Shown piece by piece: positions 26,017-40,341 of a stretch of 64,000 nucleotides of DNA. The first letter of the stretch is position 1; every line of letters starts with the position of its first letter. The notes below the pieces were generated by a model. That model was not told the DNA's origin, did not search any database, and worked only from the letters and a program-made list of their open reading frames with translations. This stretch comes from Octopus vulgaris (taxonomy: Eukaryota). A program made the translations under genes and the position numbers. The stretch covers positions 61,938,001 through 62,002,000 of the forward strand of contig OX597824.1 in assembly GCA_951406725.2 (NCBI GenBank). Direction: 5' to 3'.

Positions 26017-28136
26017 TACATAGTATAGTACTACTCACTGAAAATATAAAAACGAACATACTTTTTAGTCAAGAGTATAGCACTTTTGTTAAGGAAGTAG
26101 CTGCTGATCTAAAAGCTGCATAATTATTAAAGAGAAATAAGAAATTTCCAAGCTGTTATTAAATTACGTGTACAGTCAGATTCGTTTTAAAAAATAGATG
26201 AATGTAATTATATCTTTTTTGTTGGAAGACAATCTTTGGATTAAATATATCTCACCGAATTTTACTGACATGAATAATCACTTATAATTTATATTTAATA
26301 TTTCACTCCGATATGTTAGTACTAAGTACTTGTCAAAATAAGACTTTATCAGCTCTCAGCAGAATAGTTTTTTGATAGTGCCTTTAAATACTTCAGCTAC
26401 TTAATATTTCTCACAGGAAAAGCCATGTTTAGGAGTTAAGAAAAAAAAAGCACATTATTGCTTGTCTGAAATATTGTACCAAACATGTTCCAAGTTATGC
26501 TAAGTAATAATCTACCCGTAAATTGAAATATAAACAATTACTGCGGTTTTGTATAATTATCAATCCTATACCTGTATTATATTTACTGTTCTGTTCAAAG
26601 ATACGCATTCAATATTGTAGAAATATGTTTTCTAATTCTCTCAATTTCCTTCTTTCTATCTTTAGTTATGTGCCGGCAGATATATTACAATCATATCAAG
26701 CTATGTTTGAACTGACCAATATCTCTCTTTCTTTCCCCTCTCTCTCTCATCCCTCTCTCTTTCTCTTACTTTTCTCTTCTTCTCTCTCTCTCTATATATA
26801 TATACACACACATATCCATATATTTATATACATTTGTGTATCCGTGTGTGTGATTGTGTGCATATTCAACACTAATTTTCAATAGAGAACATACCTTTTT
26901 GAGTACTGAGATATCAGAATAGATATTTGGAATAGTTTGATATCTACTCTTATATGTCAGGGAAAATATTGAACGCACTAGCGGTAAGACCTATTTCCAT
27001 GAAAGGTGTTTTCTTTTCCTGATATACGATCAATGTTTTTTATTCAGTTATAACTTCACACTTCTGGTTCTCTTTTCAAAGAAGGAATTATAATTTAACA
27101 AGTCATATTTTCACACTGAATTAAGACTGATATATACGTCGAGACTATCAAAATAACGTGAATTTAAATAATTTACCGAGTATATGCATGTTCTGTTCAT
27201 ATTCACATTCAACAAATTCTTTCTGACTTTAGCGAATACCAGTTTTCTCTTCAAATTCTAGATCTTTAGTAGAAATGATCCCTAATGTATCGGTGGAGGC
27301 GCCTCGAAGACCTTTATGCTGATGAGAATGGGATATCCCTCTTTTCATTCTGTGTAACTGTGTAAGAATATGCCCAATGACTACCTGGCAGATATATATT
27401 CGAAATGGTGACAGATTTAGTTTTACGTGGAAGTAACAGTAAAAAAGCAGTATATGTATATATACTCTATATATACACATACATACACCTTTAGTGACAA
27501 TTGTTTAAAACTTGTATAACAGTTATAAGAAAATTTGCTTTCGAAAAATGTTACTTTACACAGGCAATTTGCTTTCATATCAGAAATAACATACTCATGT
27601 ACAGAATATTTATTCCTAATGGGATGTATCGTATAGCATATCTATATAAAATTGAATCGCTAGTGTTGCCAAAAGAAAATTCTTCCGTTCGCAAGTAGAG
27701 AACAAACAATGGTAATAATAGATAAAACATCAAAATTATGTGGAGTCAGAAGGAGATTCCTACTTGAATAAAGCAAAAGAATATTTGGCAAGAGGAAAAA
27801 AATATTGTAACAATAAGTGGATAAAAAGCTGCATAACTAATATAGCCTTACTGATTGAATGTGGAAGATTAACTCTGGGTATCGGTTTATTATTATTGTA
27901 TGACAGCAATTATGGTTCAGCGCCGTCGATGACATAATACATAATGTTAATTGGAGTAATTCACTGACATTTAATTCATCGACGCCCGAATGATTAAGTG
28001 ATTAAATGTAAAGTCGACATTGATGGGTTTCAATAAAGAATATAAGAATTGTAACAAACTAATATATAAACCAGGCCATATATTGCAATCAGCAATTGTT
28101 AACACAATTGTTAACAGGCACACACAGACACACCCG

Positions 28137-28238
<102 letters not shown>

Positions 28239-28247
28239 GCTATTTTT

Positions 28248-28437
28248 CTTTTCTACTCTAGGCACAAGGCCCGAAATTTTGGGTGAAGGAGACAATCGAT
28301 TACATCGACGCCCCTACGCAACTGATACTTAATTTATCAACCCCGAAAGGATGAAAGCAAAGTTGACTTCGGCGGAATTTGATCTCAGAACACAAAGACA
28401 GACGAAATAATACTAAGTAATGTTCTTGCCAGCTCGC
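28248..28437 (-). mobile_element. SINE family B
   Basis: aatttatcaaccccgaaaggatgaaagc is the reverse complement of the family B core. Confidence 0.75.
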
Positions 28438-28440
28438 CTG

Positions 28441-28540
<100 letters not shown>

Positions 28541-28568
28541 TTCCGCCATTAGGTTTCAAAATTATATA

Positions 28569-28837
28569 CAGGGTGTCCCAAAAAATGTATACACACCTTA
28601 AATAATTGTAAATTTGGGGTTTATTATAATTCGAACAATTTTGAACATGTAAAAGAATTTACAAATATCATTCTATTGTCTGTTTGGCAAGATCCCATCA
28701 AGAAAGGATCTAACATCGCGATGGTAGTGTGGAGGTGCCCCATCTTGCTGGAAATAAAACTCTCCCTGTTCAAAGTCCTCTCTAATGCTTGGCATGACAG
28801 ACTGTTGCAGCAAGTGTATACATTTTTTGGGGACATC

Positions 28838-28840
<3 letters not shown>
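28569..28840 (-). mobile_element. 272-bp Tc1/mariner-superfamily deletion derivative with both TIRs
   Basis: TIRs cagggtgtcccaaaaaatgtatacac / gtgtatacattttttggggacatcctg, TA flanks; internal [10 protein letters not shown]. Confidence 0.9.
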
Positions 28841-28876
<36 letters not shown>

Positions 28877-28995
28877 TGTATTTCCGCCATTAGGTTTCAA
28901 AATTGCGAATTAGCCGCCAATATTACATACATACTTACATACATACACATAGATACATATACATACATACATACATACATACATAGATACATACA

Positions 28996-29102
<107 letters not shown>

Positions 29103-29237
29103 AGAGGGAATAGCCGTGTGTTCAATATAACATTTATCGACATAAATTGCAAACGATTGATGATTGAAAAGAAAAGCCTGATAACGCAGCATGATTTTAT
29201 TGTGTAAACAAACACACGCACACACACTTTCATATAG

Positions 29238-29331
29238 AAGGACACTCACACACACACACACACACACATATAAATATTACAATATATGTACATATTCAGT
29301 ACCATATATATATATGTACATATATATAGAG

Positions 29332-29380
<49 letters not shown>

Positions 29381-29460
29381 CAAGGACACTCACACACACA
29401 CACACATATATAAATATTACAATATATGTACATATTCAGTACTATATATATATATATAGA
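29238..29460. repeat. Local duplication of an ~80-bp unit separated by (GATA)n
   Basis: aaggacactc(ac)n..taaatattacaatatatgtacatattcagtac occurs twice. Confidence 0.9.
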
Positions 29461-30466
29461 TAGATAGATAAATTGCTTTATTGATTGATTACAGTATATA
29501 TGTAAGTGTGTGTTTATGTGTGTGTGTGTATGTCTGTATATATGTATATGCCTATAAGTGTGTATATAATTGTATATATATATAGGTTGTAAAATGATAA
29601 ATACTATAACCGATTTACTATTTGATTCTTAAAAGCTTCATACAAAGTGCAATGTATTATAAACTATTCAGAAACATTTCATATCAAACACAAGGCTGTT
29701 CACTCAATAGACTTACATAGCCAATTAAAATATCGTAGGCGGCACTTTTATATATTAGTAGACATTCAATGTACAACTAATACAATCTCACAGAAATGGG
29801 GGTCAATATTTCTATTCCTTCAAAGATTCATCATATAGTGGTCGGATCAACAGAAGTTGTTTGAGGAGATGGGGAACAGATAGGTGATTTATCTTAACAC
29901 AAGAAAGTAATAATTCTCTGTAATGAATAGTATTCTAATGGGAAGTAATTCCGAACTTTCACGCATAAATTAACTGTCAATGGAGAATATATTTAGAACG
30001 CAATACTTTTTCGTAGAAGAGGTTAATAGAACTACAAATTTGATAATATAATTCAACATCCAAACGGTGGCCTGGTAACGAAGTTTGCTTAGTGTGTGCA
30101 GACAGAGGTCCCAAATCTTTAAAAAAAACACTTTTACAAACGTTCTTTCAATTTCAGTATCAAAACAAACATAGGTATAGTCATTTTTGTTGCTTTATAA
30201 GAAGTAATGCTTCAAATTATTCCTAAAGTTCTTCGACGCTCGCTCGTTTTGGCGATGAAATTTTCCAAGATGTCCAATGTCTTTTCATTGCACAAGGTTT
30301 TTTGTACTTGCATTACGGCACAATGTGTTAGACAGTGTTGCGCCAAGGTGGTGCGGTATCGGGTCATCAGTAAAATGTGCAGCATAATTTTGAGCACAGC
30401 AAAACGTTTAGACGACAACAAACATCCAAAATAACATTAGTCAATGTCTCCGAAGAGTAGTGAGGC

Positions 30467-30494
30467 TCACAGACAGGACCGGTCCTGTCTGTGA
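30467..30494. repeat. Perfect 28-bp palindrome
   Basis: tcacagacaggacc|ggtcctgtctgtga. Confidence 0.95.
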
Positions 30495-30986
30495 TCTATA
30501 CTTTTTCTTTATTAAGTTCCGTTTGATTTTTCTCTGCTTGTATGTACATTTTTAGTTAAATATTGCATCTTATTCAAACACCGTGTTGCCTCTTTAGCCT
30601 CTTGTATTATATATATATATTCGTTTTTCAATATTAATATGTATTCGTATAACTCTCTATGACTTTTCTCTGCTAGTGTACCCGTTGCATTATATCCTAC
30701 TACACACACGTTGCTTTGTTTACATTACACTTCGTCTCGGCATGTTACTATTTCTTTAAACATATCCGTTAGATTTTTATTGTTATGTTATAATTTACTG
30801 CACATATAGACTTGCATACACTTTGATATGTCTGTCTTTTTTTCTCTTTCGTCTCTGTCACTATTATATTCTACTGTTATTTTTTCCCTTTTACAACTTG
30901 TTTTTAAATATCCGATTTTACCCATTACACAATCTGTATTCTCCCTTATTGTATTTTATTTTATTAAACATTTTTTGAAGTCCTTC

Positions 30987-31100
30987 CAATAATTCATCGC
31001 ACTGATGAGAATGTCGATGCATAAATTTAATTATAATTACTATGATCATAACTTTTTTCTTACATATTTGTATTGTCTTTTGAAACGTGCGTATGTATTG
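30987..31100 (+). ncRNA. Decayed hammerhead-like motif with extended stem II
   Basis: caata..cat-cgca CTGATGA ...~70 nt partly self-pairing... GAAAC g tgcg-t-atg-tattg; stem III/cleavage site appears collapsed. Confidence 0.4.
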
Positions 31101-31199
31101 AATCCAATTTTGTATTAAATCTAAACTTGATTCAATATCTTTTTCTCCTCCATGTTTTATACTTGATTATGTTATATTTATACTTATAACGATATTTTC

Positions 31200-31236
<37 letters not shown>

Positions 31237-31946
31237 TTTGGAACATCCCCCTTCGATTCCCACCAACTTTCACCTCAATACTATCATCCACACCCACAAC
31301 TATGCACACCCCCATACACACTGTTCAACCCAGCACACGCTTCATACACCATTGCACCACACATACACACTCAATACTTTCCCACTCCACTGATACCTCT
31401 CAGCACACACACTTCACACCATCATGCACACTGCCACATGCACACAAGCATATAATACCTGAACACAAACAGTATATATACCCTTACACGCATATACACA
31501 TATGCAACACGCATAAACACACGTAACATGCATAGACAAAGATAACATGTACACGCTATACACATGCACACTAATTCGTGACAGTGGCACACACACACAC
31601 TTAAATATGTGCTCACATCACGTGTAAAAGCATACATGAACTGCCACAAAACAGCTCCCCCACACATATACACAGACACTCGCGTTACACATGCGCACAC
31701 ATACACACGTCAAACTCACTTGGTCCATTTACTCATTCACACTCACACGCATACACACATCATTCTCACATACACACATGATTGCGCACCTCCTCTCCTT
31801 GGGATTACCATGAATTATCACTCCTTCATTGATCATTTCTTTATTGTTATATCGCTTTCATTCAACCTCTTCTTTTCTACTCATCGCCATGTTGGACTAC
31901 TGAACTCAACACGTTTCTGTCATTCTCTATTAATTTCCTCTTATTC

Positions 31947-31982
31947 CTTTCTGTCGAAGAGCGTATGCCCGAAACGTGAAAG
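31947..31982 (+). ncRNA. Atypical minimal hammerhead-like motif, copy 1, at the end of a CA-rich TA-flanked element (~31230-32050)
   Basis: CTTT CTGTCGA A GAGC gtat GCCC GAAAC GTG AAAG. Confidence 0.5.
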
Positions 31983-32080
31983 ACTTGACCATGTTTCCCG
32001 AGCATCAAACACTTGGCACTTGATGGCTTTCTTTTTCTATAAACATGAACTATATATATATATACATACGTGTGTGTGTG

Positions 32081-32138
<58 letters not shown>

Positions 32139-32355
32139 GTATATACGAATTCCTGTACATTGAAAGTATATATGTGAATGCATATGTACACCACTGTATA
32201 ATGCATGAATTATAATTTACTATAAAACGCATTCACGTTTAAAGTTTTAAGAAATACCATTTGTATTCTAGTGTAATATGTGGTCTATGAATTTTGTTTA
32301 ATTGCTAACATTTAATTTGAAAATAAATGCCATCTATACATGTATATATTTAATA

Positions 32356-33622
32356 TCAGATCATTGAGAATGAAATGTACGATTTTCAAATGAAAGTTTA
32401 CTTTATCTCAACGAAACGCAATATAGTTAACTAAAGTATGCACCGAAATTATCAACACAAATTTGCCATTTTATCGGTAGCTTATTTATGCCGGTAGTGA
32501 AGAATTATAGAGGGCAAGACGTGATGAAATCACGAAAGGCTGTCTTTGCATCTCCTTCACATTTGAAGTTTTTTCCTTGCAAAATGTTGTCTAATGCCTG
32601 GAAAACGTGATAGTCAGTCGGTGCAAGTTCTGGTGCATATGGTGGATTACAGATACTTCTAAGTTCAGTTCTTGTAAATTGAGTAGCGATATTTGTGCAA
32701 CATGTTGTCGAGCATTGTCTTGCAAGAGAATAGGCCTGTCTTTTTTTTTTACCTATCTCGGCTGTTTAATTGCAATGTCACTCATCATTTCCCTCATGTG
32801 GTTGATGTATACAACCGCTGTAATTGACTTACCAGGTCTCATGAAGCTGTAGTGGTTGACATCAGCGCTGCACCACCAAACATACACCGTTAGCTTTTTC
32901 TTTTGTAAATATTCTTTTCAGGGCTGTGTTTGCTACTTCGTGTCTATTCGACGCTTTCTATTGTCGAAGAGAATCCATTTTTCATTACACGTAACAATAC
33001 GATGCAAAAATGGTTCAATTTTATGCCGTGACAGCAAAGAACAGCAAGTTTCAAGACGGCGTGTCATTTCATGCTCGTTTATTTCGTGTTATACACACTT
33101 GTCCAGATTCTTTACCTTGCTGATTTGTTGAAGATGGTCCAATACATTTAGAATCAAAACATCAAACTTTGCTTCTAACTCTCGAGTAGTTTGACGTGTA
33201 TCCATTTCCACAACAGTTCCCAGTTCATTATTATCCACCTTGGTCTCAGGTCTACCACGGGCTGATTTTCAGAGTAAAGTCACCAGACCGAAACTTGTCG
33301 AACCATCGACGTACAGTGCGCTTATTCACCTCATCTTCTCCACACGCCTCATTGATGTTTCGAGCTGTCTGGGATGCAGTGGTTCCACGACGGAACCCAT
33401 TTTCATAAACAACATGTATTTTGGATCTATCCAAGTGTCCATAAACATTGATTTACAAGAGGAAACTCACAATACAATCAGACACCATGAATTGCATTTC
33501 GAAAAGTAATGATGTAACTCTTCAAATTTGTAAAACATGAATTTTCAGGATAAAACATTAAAGTTAACGACTGTCAAACTTGGTGGAGGAGAAAATCGAA
33601 CATTTCATTCTTAATGACCTGA
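32356..33622 (-). mobile_element. Near full-length (~1.27 kb) decayed mariner with ~32-bp TIRs
   Basis: TIRs tcagatcattgagaatgaaatgtacgattttc / gaaaatcgaacatttcattcttaatgacctga, TA flanks; RTVRRWFDKFRSGD, VTCNEKWI, LQDNARQH, PPYAPELAPTDYH. Confidence 0.92.
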
Positions 33623-34845
33623 TATATTTAACTTAATATAATAAAGAATATCAGCGTATGCAACTCATACGTTTTGATGTAATGAAAAATATGATCTCTA
33701 TTTCCCAACTATAAAATATGTTTCCACACTAACTCCGAAATCCTATATAAGTAAATACCATTAAACCTCCAGTAATTTATATTTTCACTTTTTACCTAAA
33801 TCGTTATTATAATTCGCAGTAATTATCTCTCTTACAAAATTTTATATATATTTAATCGAATGAGAATTAATGTTCAACACATATGAATGTGATGAGAAAT
33901 AAAATAAATGCTGAAAATATTAACACCTGATGCCTTAAACTATTTGTTATCTTTCTGTTAGATAAACTGGGCGTGCATATAGGGGTAATTCGAACTGCAT
34001 ACTTCTCTTGGAAGTTATTTTCACTTTTTATGTTCACTGATGACGAAAATATATCACTTATCATTAAGGCCTAAATAAGAATAATCTATATGGGAACATG
34101 CGAACTGTTGCAGCAGATAACTAATGTGAGCAAGAAAAATATTGAATGCATAATAAATTTCAAATTTTTATTGACGTTCCGGCAGTATGGGTGAGACGAA
34201 TTTAAATAACACCGAAACAGCTGTGGAGCTAAAAAATAATTTGGTACTATAATCCTATTTCCTTTCATTTCAATACATATCTTTTAGTTATTTGACTCAA
34301 AGAAGTGAAAAATATGTCGCTAAAATTTCACACTCTATCTCTCCTTCCGTTTTCTCTTCTTTTACACAAGCTAGCACAACGGCACGTGCATACTTGTATA
34401 CATACATATATTGCCATCGTAAACACGATCATAATGATAATAAGTACAACAAAGTTATCAATTATGGCAATAATTGTTTCTAAATGAATTTGGTAGTTAC
34501 TTTTTAAATTAATTATATATTTTAAATCTAATAATCACAAATTCAGTCACAGTGATACTTTTAAAAAAATTCTCTAAGTGATCGATGATTTCAGAAAATA
34601 TAAACGCTTAGAATAGTACAGATTATGTAACTGAGAAGTTTTCTCCCATACAAAAACTGTATGAATGTGTGAGTCTATATACATAATACACATATGTATC
34701 TGTATATATACATTAGTGTGACTATATTGCTTCTACATACAAGCACTTCCTGTACTTATCTCTCGTGTGTTTACGTATTTTTCACTCCTTGCTGATGTCT
34801 TGTACACTATGTGTAATTTTTATTATATATATATATATATATGTA

Positions 34846-34881
<36 letters not shown>

Positions 34882-34889
34882 TGTGTGTA

Positions 34890-36103
34890 CACGGGTGTGA
34901 CTGGAGGAGTGTTGCTAGATCCGTGTAATCTTGCTTGCAATATTGTTGGCTATTCTTAGTAACTGCATTTTTTTTCTTTCAGGGAAATTAATATCAGACT
35001 TTTCAAGGAAGACTTCAAAAGTAACTGTAAGCGATTTCTTTTGAAAATGGACAAAATTTAGCATCGTAGCGTCAGGAAGTACTTACCGCAAAAGTGTTTT
35101 GCTACCAAGGACATTCATGCTGACATTGTTGCAGCTTCGTCAACAGTCAAAAAGTGGGTAGCTAAATTCGGGAGAGAAATGCAAAGTCTTGAAGAGGACT
35201 CAAGGACTGGACATCGTTCAACTACCACCACTGAGGAAAAAATATTGATCATTGTCCACACATGTGCTGGATGAGAAGCGATTGATTGTAAATGAAGCAT
35301 CCAATATTACGTATTGGTGCATTGCGTCAGAGAGTTGCAAATATTCTTCACAATTCACATGGCATCCACGGAGGGTTCTGCTTCGTGTGTGATACGTCTT
35401 TTGACACCTGGACAAAAGCCCACCAGGCTGATCACATCAAGGAAAATCGACGTTGTTTTAGGCTGGTTTCCTTAAATGTTTCCTAAGCTAGGACGAGTGT
35501 TGGATTCATAACTTTGAGCTACAGACAAAGAGACAATCCTTGCAGTGGAAACACACACCCCCACCTGCTCCAATGAAGACCAAGGTCGTTTCTTCTGCAT
35601 GGAAGATGCTGGCCTCAGATTTCTAGGTGATAAACGCCGTGTGCTTATTGACTACCTTCAATGAAGAGTACTACGGCAACTTACTGAGACATTTACGAAA
35701 GCCAATCGAGAGCAAATACACAGGCAAACTGCCGAAAGGTGTTTTGATTCACCAGAGCAATGTTCCAGCAAACATGTCCTTCGTTTCAATGGCTGCTGTA
35801 CGCGACTGTGTCTTTGAACTAGTCGATCACACTTCCTCTGTTCTCCTGGTTTGGCCCCGTCTGACTGTCAACTGTTCCCCAACAGGAACAAAAACTTGGC
35901 TGGGAACCAGCATAGCAGTTGTGATATCATAGCCATTGTTGTTGATGTCCAACAAAATGAATGCTTCTTCACCAATGGGATCCAATGACAGTAACACCGA
36001 AGGCAGAAGTGTGTGGACTCTAAAGTAAGCCTCTTGAAAAATACACCTCCTTTGGCCACATTCTATGAGAATATTTTGTTCAGCCTGTGAACTTTTCAGC
36101 CGT
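34890..36103 (+). mobile_element. Decayed mariner
   Basis: TVKKWVAKF...LEED.R.G..ST; DECWIH; YYGNLLRHLR; 3' end tgaacttttcagccg. Confidence 0.8.
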
Positions 36104-36877
36104 ATATATTCGTATATATTTTGTATCTGATTTCAGTGACATTGTTCTTTAACCGTATTCAACTCCTCATAATACAGATTATTCGTTTTTTCTTCTTTTA
36201 TTACTTACTGATAATACGTTTGGGAATAGCACTGTAACTTAATGGGAAATATCCCAATTCAGCCATCAGAGACTTGAGTAACATTAAAAAGTAGCAAATA
36301 GGGAAAACTGGTGTAAGTTTATCTGTATCATACGGCCCTCTCTACTGTAAATCATTTAGTTTGCATTGATTAGTGTGTATACATGATTTAAAGCAAAATG
36401 TAAAACGATAAAAGCCACACAACAAAAACAAGTAAGTTTACAAAGCAAAGAACTGACAAACAAACAATTCATTGAATACGCAAGACAGAATACGCAACAG
36501 TAAATGCATAGAAATTTAAAGAGAAAAATGCAAAGAAATGTACAAATGAGATAAATATACCAAAAGAAGGAACAGAAAAACGTATAAATGTTCAGGTGAC
36601 ACTATTTACGAGAGTGATGTGAAAAGAACCATTAAGAACTAAAGTATAAGAGTAAAACTATACCTTGCGTATTTAAAACGCCTATTTACGATCCAATTCT
36701 TTCGTATAAACAAATATACATATTTTTATAAATGAAATGTTATATTTTCAATAAAATGCATTAAATACAAGCCTGCGTAATTGTGCTTCTATGTATGTAT
36801 GTATGTATGTATGTATGTATGTATGTATGTATGTACGTATGTATGTATGTATGTATGTATGTATGTATGTATGTATG

Positions 36878-36932
<55 letters not shown>

Positions 36933-37975
36933 ATGGGATGACAAAGGATTATATTATGAACCTTCATTACCTTACAGCTGTATCTGCTATAAGATACAAT
37001 AGAGTCGCCTAAGCAAAATATTAAAAGCAACATCTTCCTTCCAGAAGAGTTCTAACAACTATACAACCATACATACATACATACATGTATACATATATAT
37101 ATATATTAATATACATGTATATATGTATGTATATATGTATGACGATTTCAGCGCGTTGCGTGTATATGTTACTGTAAAATAACTTGAATCTGGCACGGTT
37201 TTCTCTCAGCAAGAATGCACAGAATATTTCACCAACGATAATGCCATTTTATCTTGCACACGTTATTTTCATCTTCACCTAGTTGCATTGTTTAAATACA
37301 TTAAATCTGTCCGCTTAATTATGCATGCAATCCGATTTCACCGAAATATAACCACCGTAATTCACCTATTTAGCCCAAACGTAAACGTGTATAATAACAT
37401 ATACACTTACATTTACAGGAAAGAATACGCATGCACATGCAGATACTTGCATGAGTTCAAATTTACAAAATATCTCTGTAAAACTACATTCATATAAGCA
37501 AACAAAATGGAATAATTACATGTACGGACCTCCATAAACGCACTTGTTTATTAGGTTATATATATTTATACTATTGTATTTGTAAATATACACTAACATG
37601 TCTATATATATATATATTGTGTGTGTGTGTATGGGCAGCAATTCTTCTCTTACATATTTTTCTTTAAACACACAAATGTTTATAGATATAATTTTCCTTT
37701 CAGTTTTTTAGTATCCTTTTATTAGTTCAGTTTATTAGTTTTCGTAGTATTTCATTTCCCGAGAGAATGGCTAATGTTTTAGTAAAGTAGGAGTAAATCT
37801 ATTTTAAACACGGCATATTATCTAAAACTTCTTTGAGTTGCAATAAAATTGTGGATCCATTGTTACCACTCAGGTGGTCTTTAGAGACAAGTAAAATGAA
37901 GTAAAACGATAATTATCATCATTTTCAATATCAGCATCATCATCTGCATCATCATCATCAACATCACCATCATCA

Positions 37976-38138
37976 TTCTTCTTTTTCTTCTTCTTCTTCT
38001 TCTTCTTCTTCTTCTTCTTCTTCTTCTTCTTCTTCTTCTTCTTCTTCTTCTTCTTCTTCTTCTTCTTCTTCTTCTTCTTCTTCTTCTTCTTCTTCTTCTT
38101 CTTCTTCTTCTTCTTCTTCTTCTTCTTCTTCTTCTTCA
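37976..38138. repeat. (TTC)n microsatellite
   Basis: Direct reading. Confidence 0.95.
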
Positions 38139-38556
38139 TATTTTTATTCTTATTATTATTATCATCACTGCTGTTGCAATTGTTATTATTGTTGTCAGAA
38201 TTGTTTTAATTTTTTTGTGTTATTACAAACGCATAAACAATTTCTTTACAAGGCAATAATTCCTGAGATTATCAATGAAGGAACATTGCAAATCGTTTCA
38301 ATTTTCAACAGATTTTTTTTACGAGTATCTTTATATTTTACTTCCATATGTTGATATTGATATTGCATATATCTGCCTCTGAAACATCTCTTCTCGTTCT
38401 TTATTTATTATTGTACCATTTATTCCTTAAATCATCAACCTCGTCTTTGCTCGTCTTTTTTCTTTAAGAATTTTAATCTCTTCTCTTTCACTCCATCTTT
38501 ATTGACATTTTCATATTGTTATTTCAGTCAGCCTACATCTATAACTTATTTCTCAA

Positions 38557-38581
38557 ACTACCACCACCACCACCACCACCG

Positions 38582-38663
<82 letters not shown>
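38557..38663. repeat. (CCA)n/(CTA)n microsatellite
   Basis: Direct reading. Confidence 0.95.
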
Positions 38664-38665
<2 letters not shown>

Positions 38666-40304
38666 TTGTCGCTGTTAAATTTTCTTTCTCAACAAGATAT
38701 TTTAAAGAGGTATATATGTGTGTGTGCACGCGCAAGTGTGTGTGCACGCGCAAGTGTGTGTGTATGTGTGTCACAGCAACTACATCCGTGCTAGTGCCAA
38801 TGTATTTTTATACCGTTTGTAATTAACTATATAATTTTCAGTCGCTTCTTTGCAGTCGATACGTTGCTGTAATCATGATATTTGGTATTTCTTTTGCATC
38901 TCTTTCTATTGTAAGTTCAAATATATCCTTAGTCAGTCTTTATTTTCATCGTTCCAAATTCAATAATATAATTAATAGAAAAATGTACCGTGATCAATGC
39001 AATCGATAAACACCTTCGAATATAATACCCCTATATTACTCCAGTTCAATAAGTCTAAATAGTAAATAAATGATTATTTATAGTAAATTATTCGCATTCT
39101 CTATCCAACGCTTTCCATGACATCCTGTCATGACATTTTATTTTATTTTCATATCTCAAACTTATTTCTCATGCTTGTTTTCACAAATTATGGCAGTTTT
39201 TCTCCCTTTTGCTTTCATCTTCTAATATTGCTCACGATATCCAAGTTGTCAGTTAAAATGTATATTCATAATTGAATTAATTTCTCAGAAACATTACGTA
39301 ATAAGTCTTCCCGCAGGCAAATATGCTAAAGACACGTATAAAGACACGAATGTGATTGTCTAGATTGCCGCTGAACAAAATACAACCGAGATACAAAACC
39401 TTGCATATCTTTTGCACAGGAACACGTCAGTCCTAGATGAGGAGTAGATTCATGAATATGTTGTTTGAATTGTGATGAACCAATTTTCAATTTTCAGTTC
39501 CTTGTTCAATAGATAATTCTGAGACATTACCACAAGAATTGAGGCGAATCTGGCAGTTACATCACTGGATCGAATGGTTGAACACACTGTTCCTTGTTTA
39601 TTCAGTTTTAGGTATGTTCTTTACAATTTCTCCTTGTATTCTCTTCAGCGTCACCTATATCAACTGAAACTACTTGTGACTCTTGCTACCTAGAACCAAA
39701 AAATAACCACCAATATATGTACACCTTGAATATGTTATGAAATTATTAATAATATCAGATTCATCCCCCAAAATATTTCAAATAGTATTTCATATTAAGA
39801 CGTTCACCATAAGTTTAGTAATTGCAACAACTTAAGTGTCGCAGTCATCTGAAAGTTTAACTGCTAGAGGTAAATATTAGACTTCGCTGAAGATCGCTAC
39901 AGAAACAAATATTCCTGGAGTATTGATCACATTTTCTGTCTATGATCTGCTTTACATTTGAATGCGTACCGTAATTCAATTTCAATGAATTTACAGGTTG
40001 TAAATTTGCACACTGCCTTCATTACAAATTTTAATTAAGCTAATGGTATTTTTCTTGTCACTATGTGTGTAGTATTAATCAGTTAATTAATATTGCAAAC
40101 TAACTACAGACTTAAATATTTATACATACCTTAACAGGCATTTTTTTTGTTTGCTTTGTATGAAAGTCGCTTGGAAGTCAGATAAATATCAGAGATATTT
40201 TGCAATTAATAAGTCAGACGAAGCAGAGTCTGCGCAGTTTATGAGTGATATAAAATTTGTTCGCACACAGACACACACGCACACACACACACACACACAC
40301 ACAT

Positions 40305-40341
<37 letters not shown>

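Noticed and set aside
27318-27360. CTGATGA followed by a GAATG/CATTC stem
   Set aside because: No GAAA after the stem
34037-34048. CTGATGA-C-GAAA hammerhead-like string
   Set aside because: No stem II and no flanking helices
39620-39655. CTGAAGA...GAAA on the minus strand
   Set aside because: Stem II cannot pair and stem I is absent
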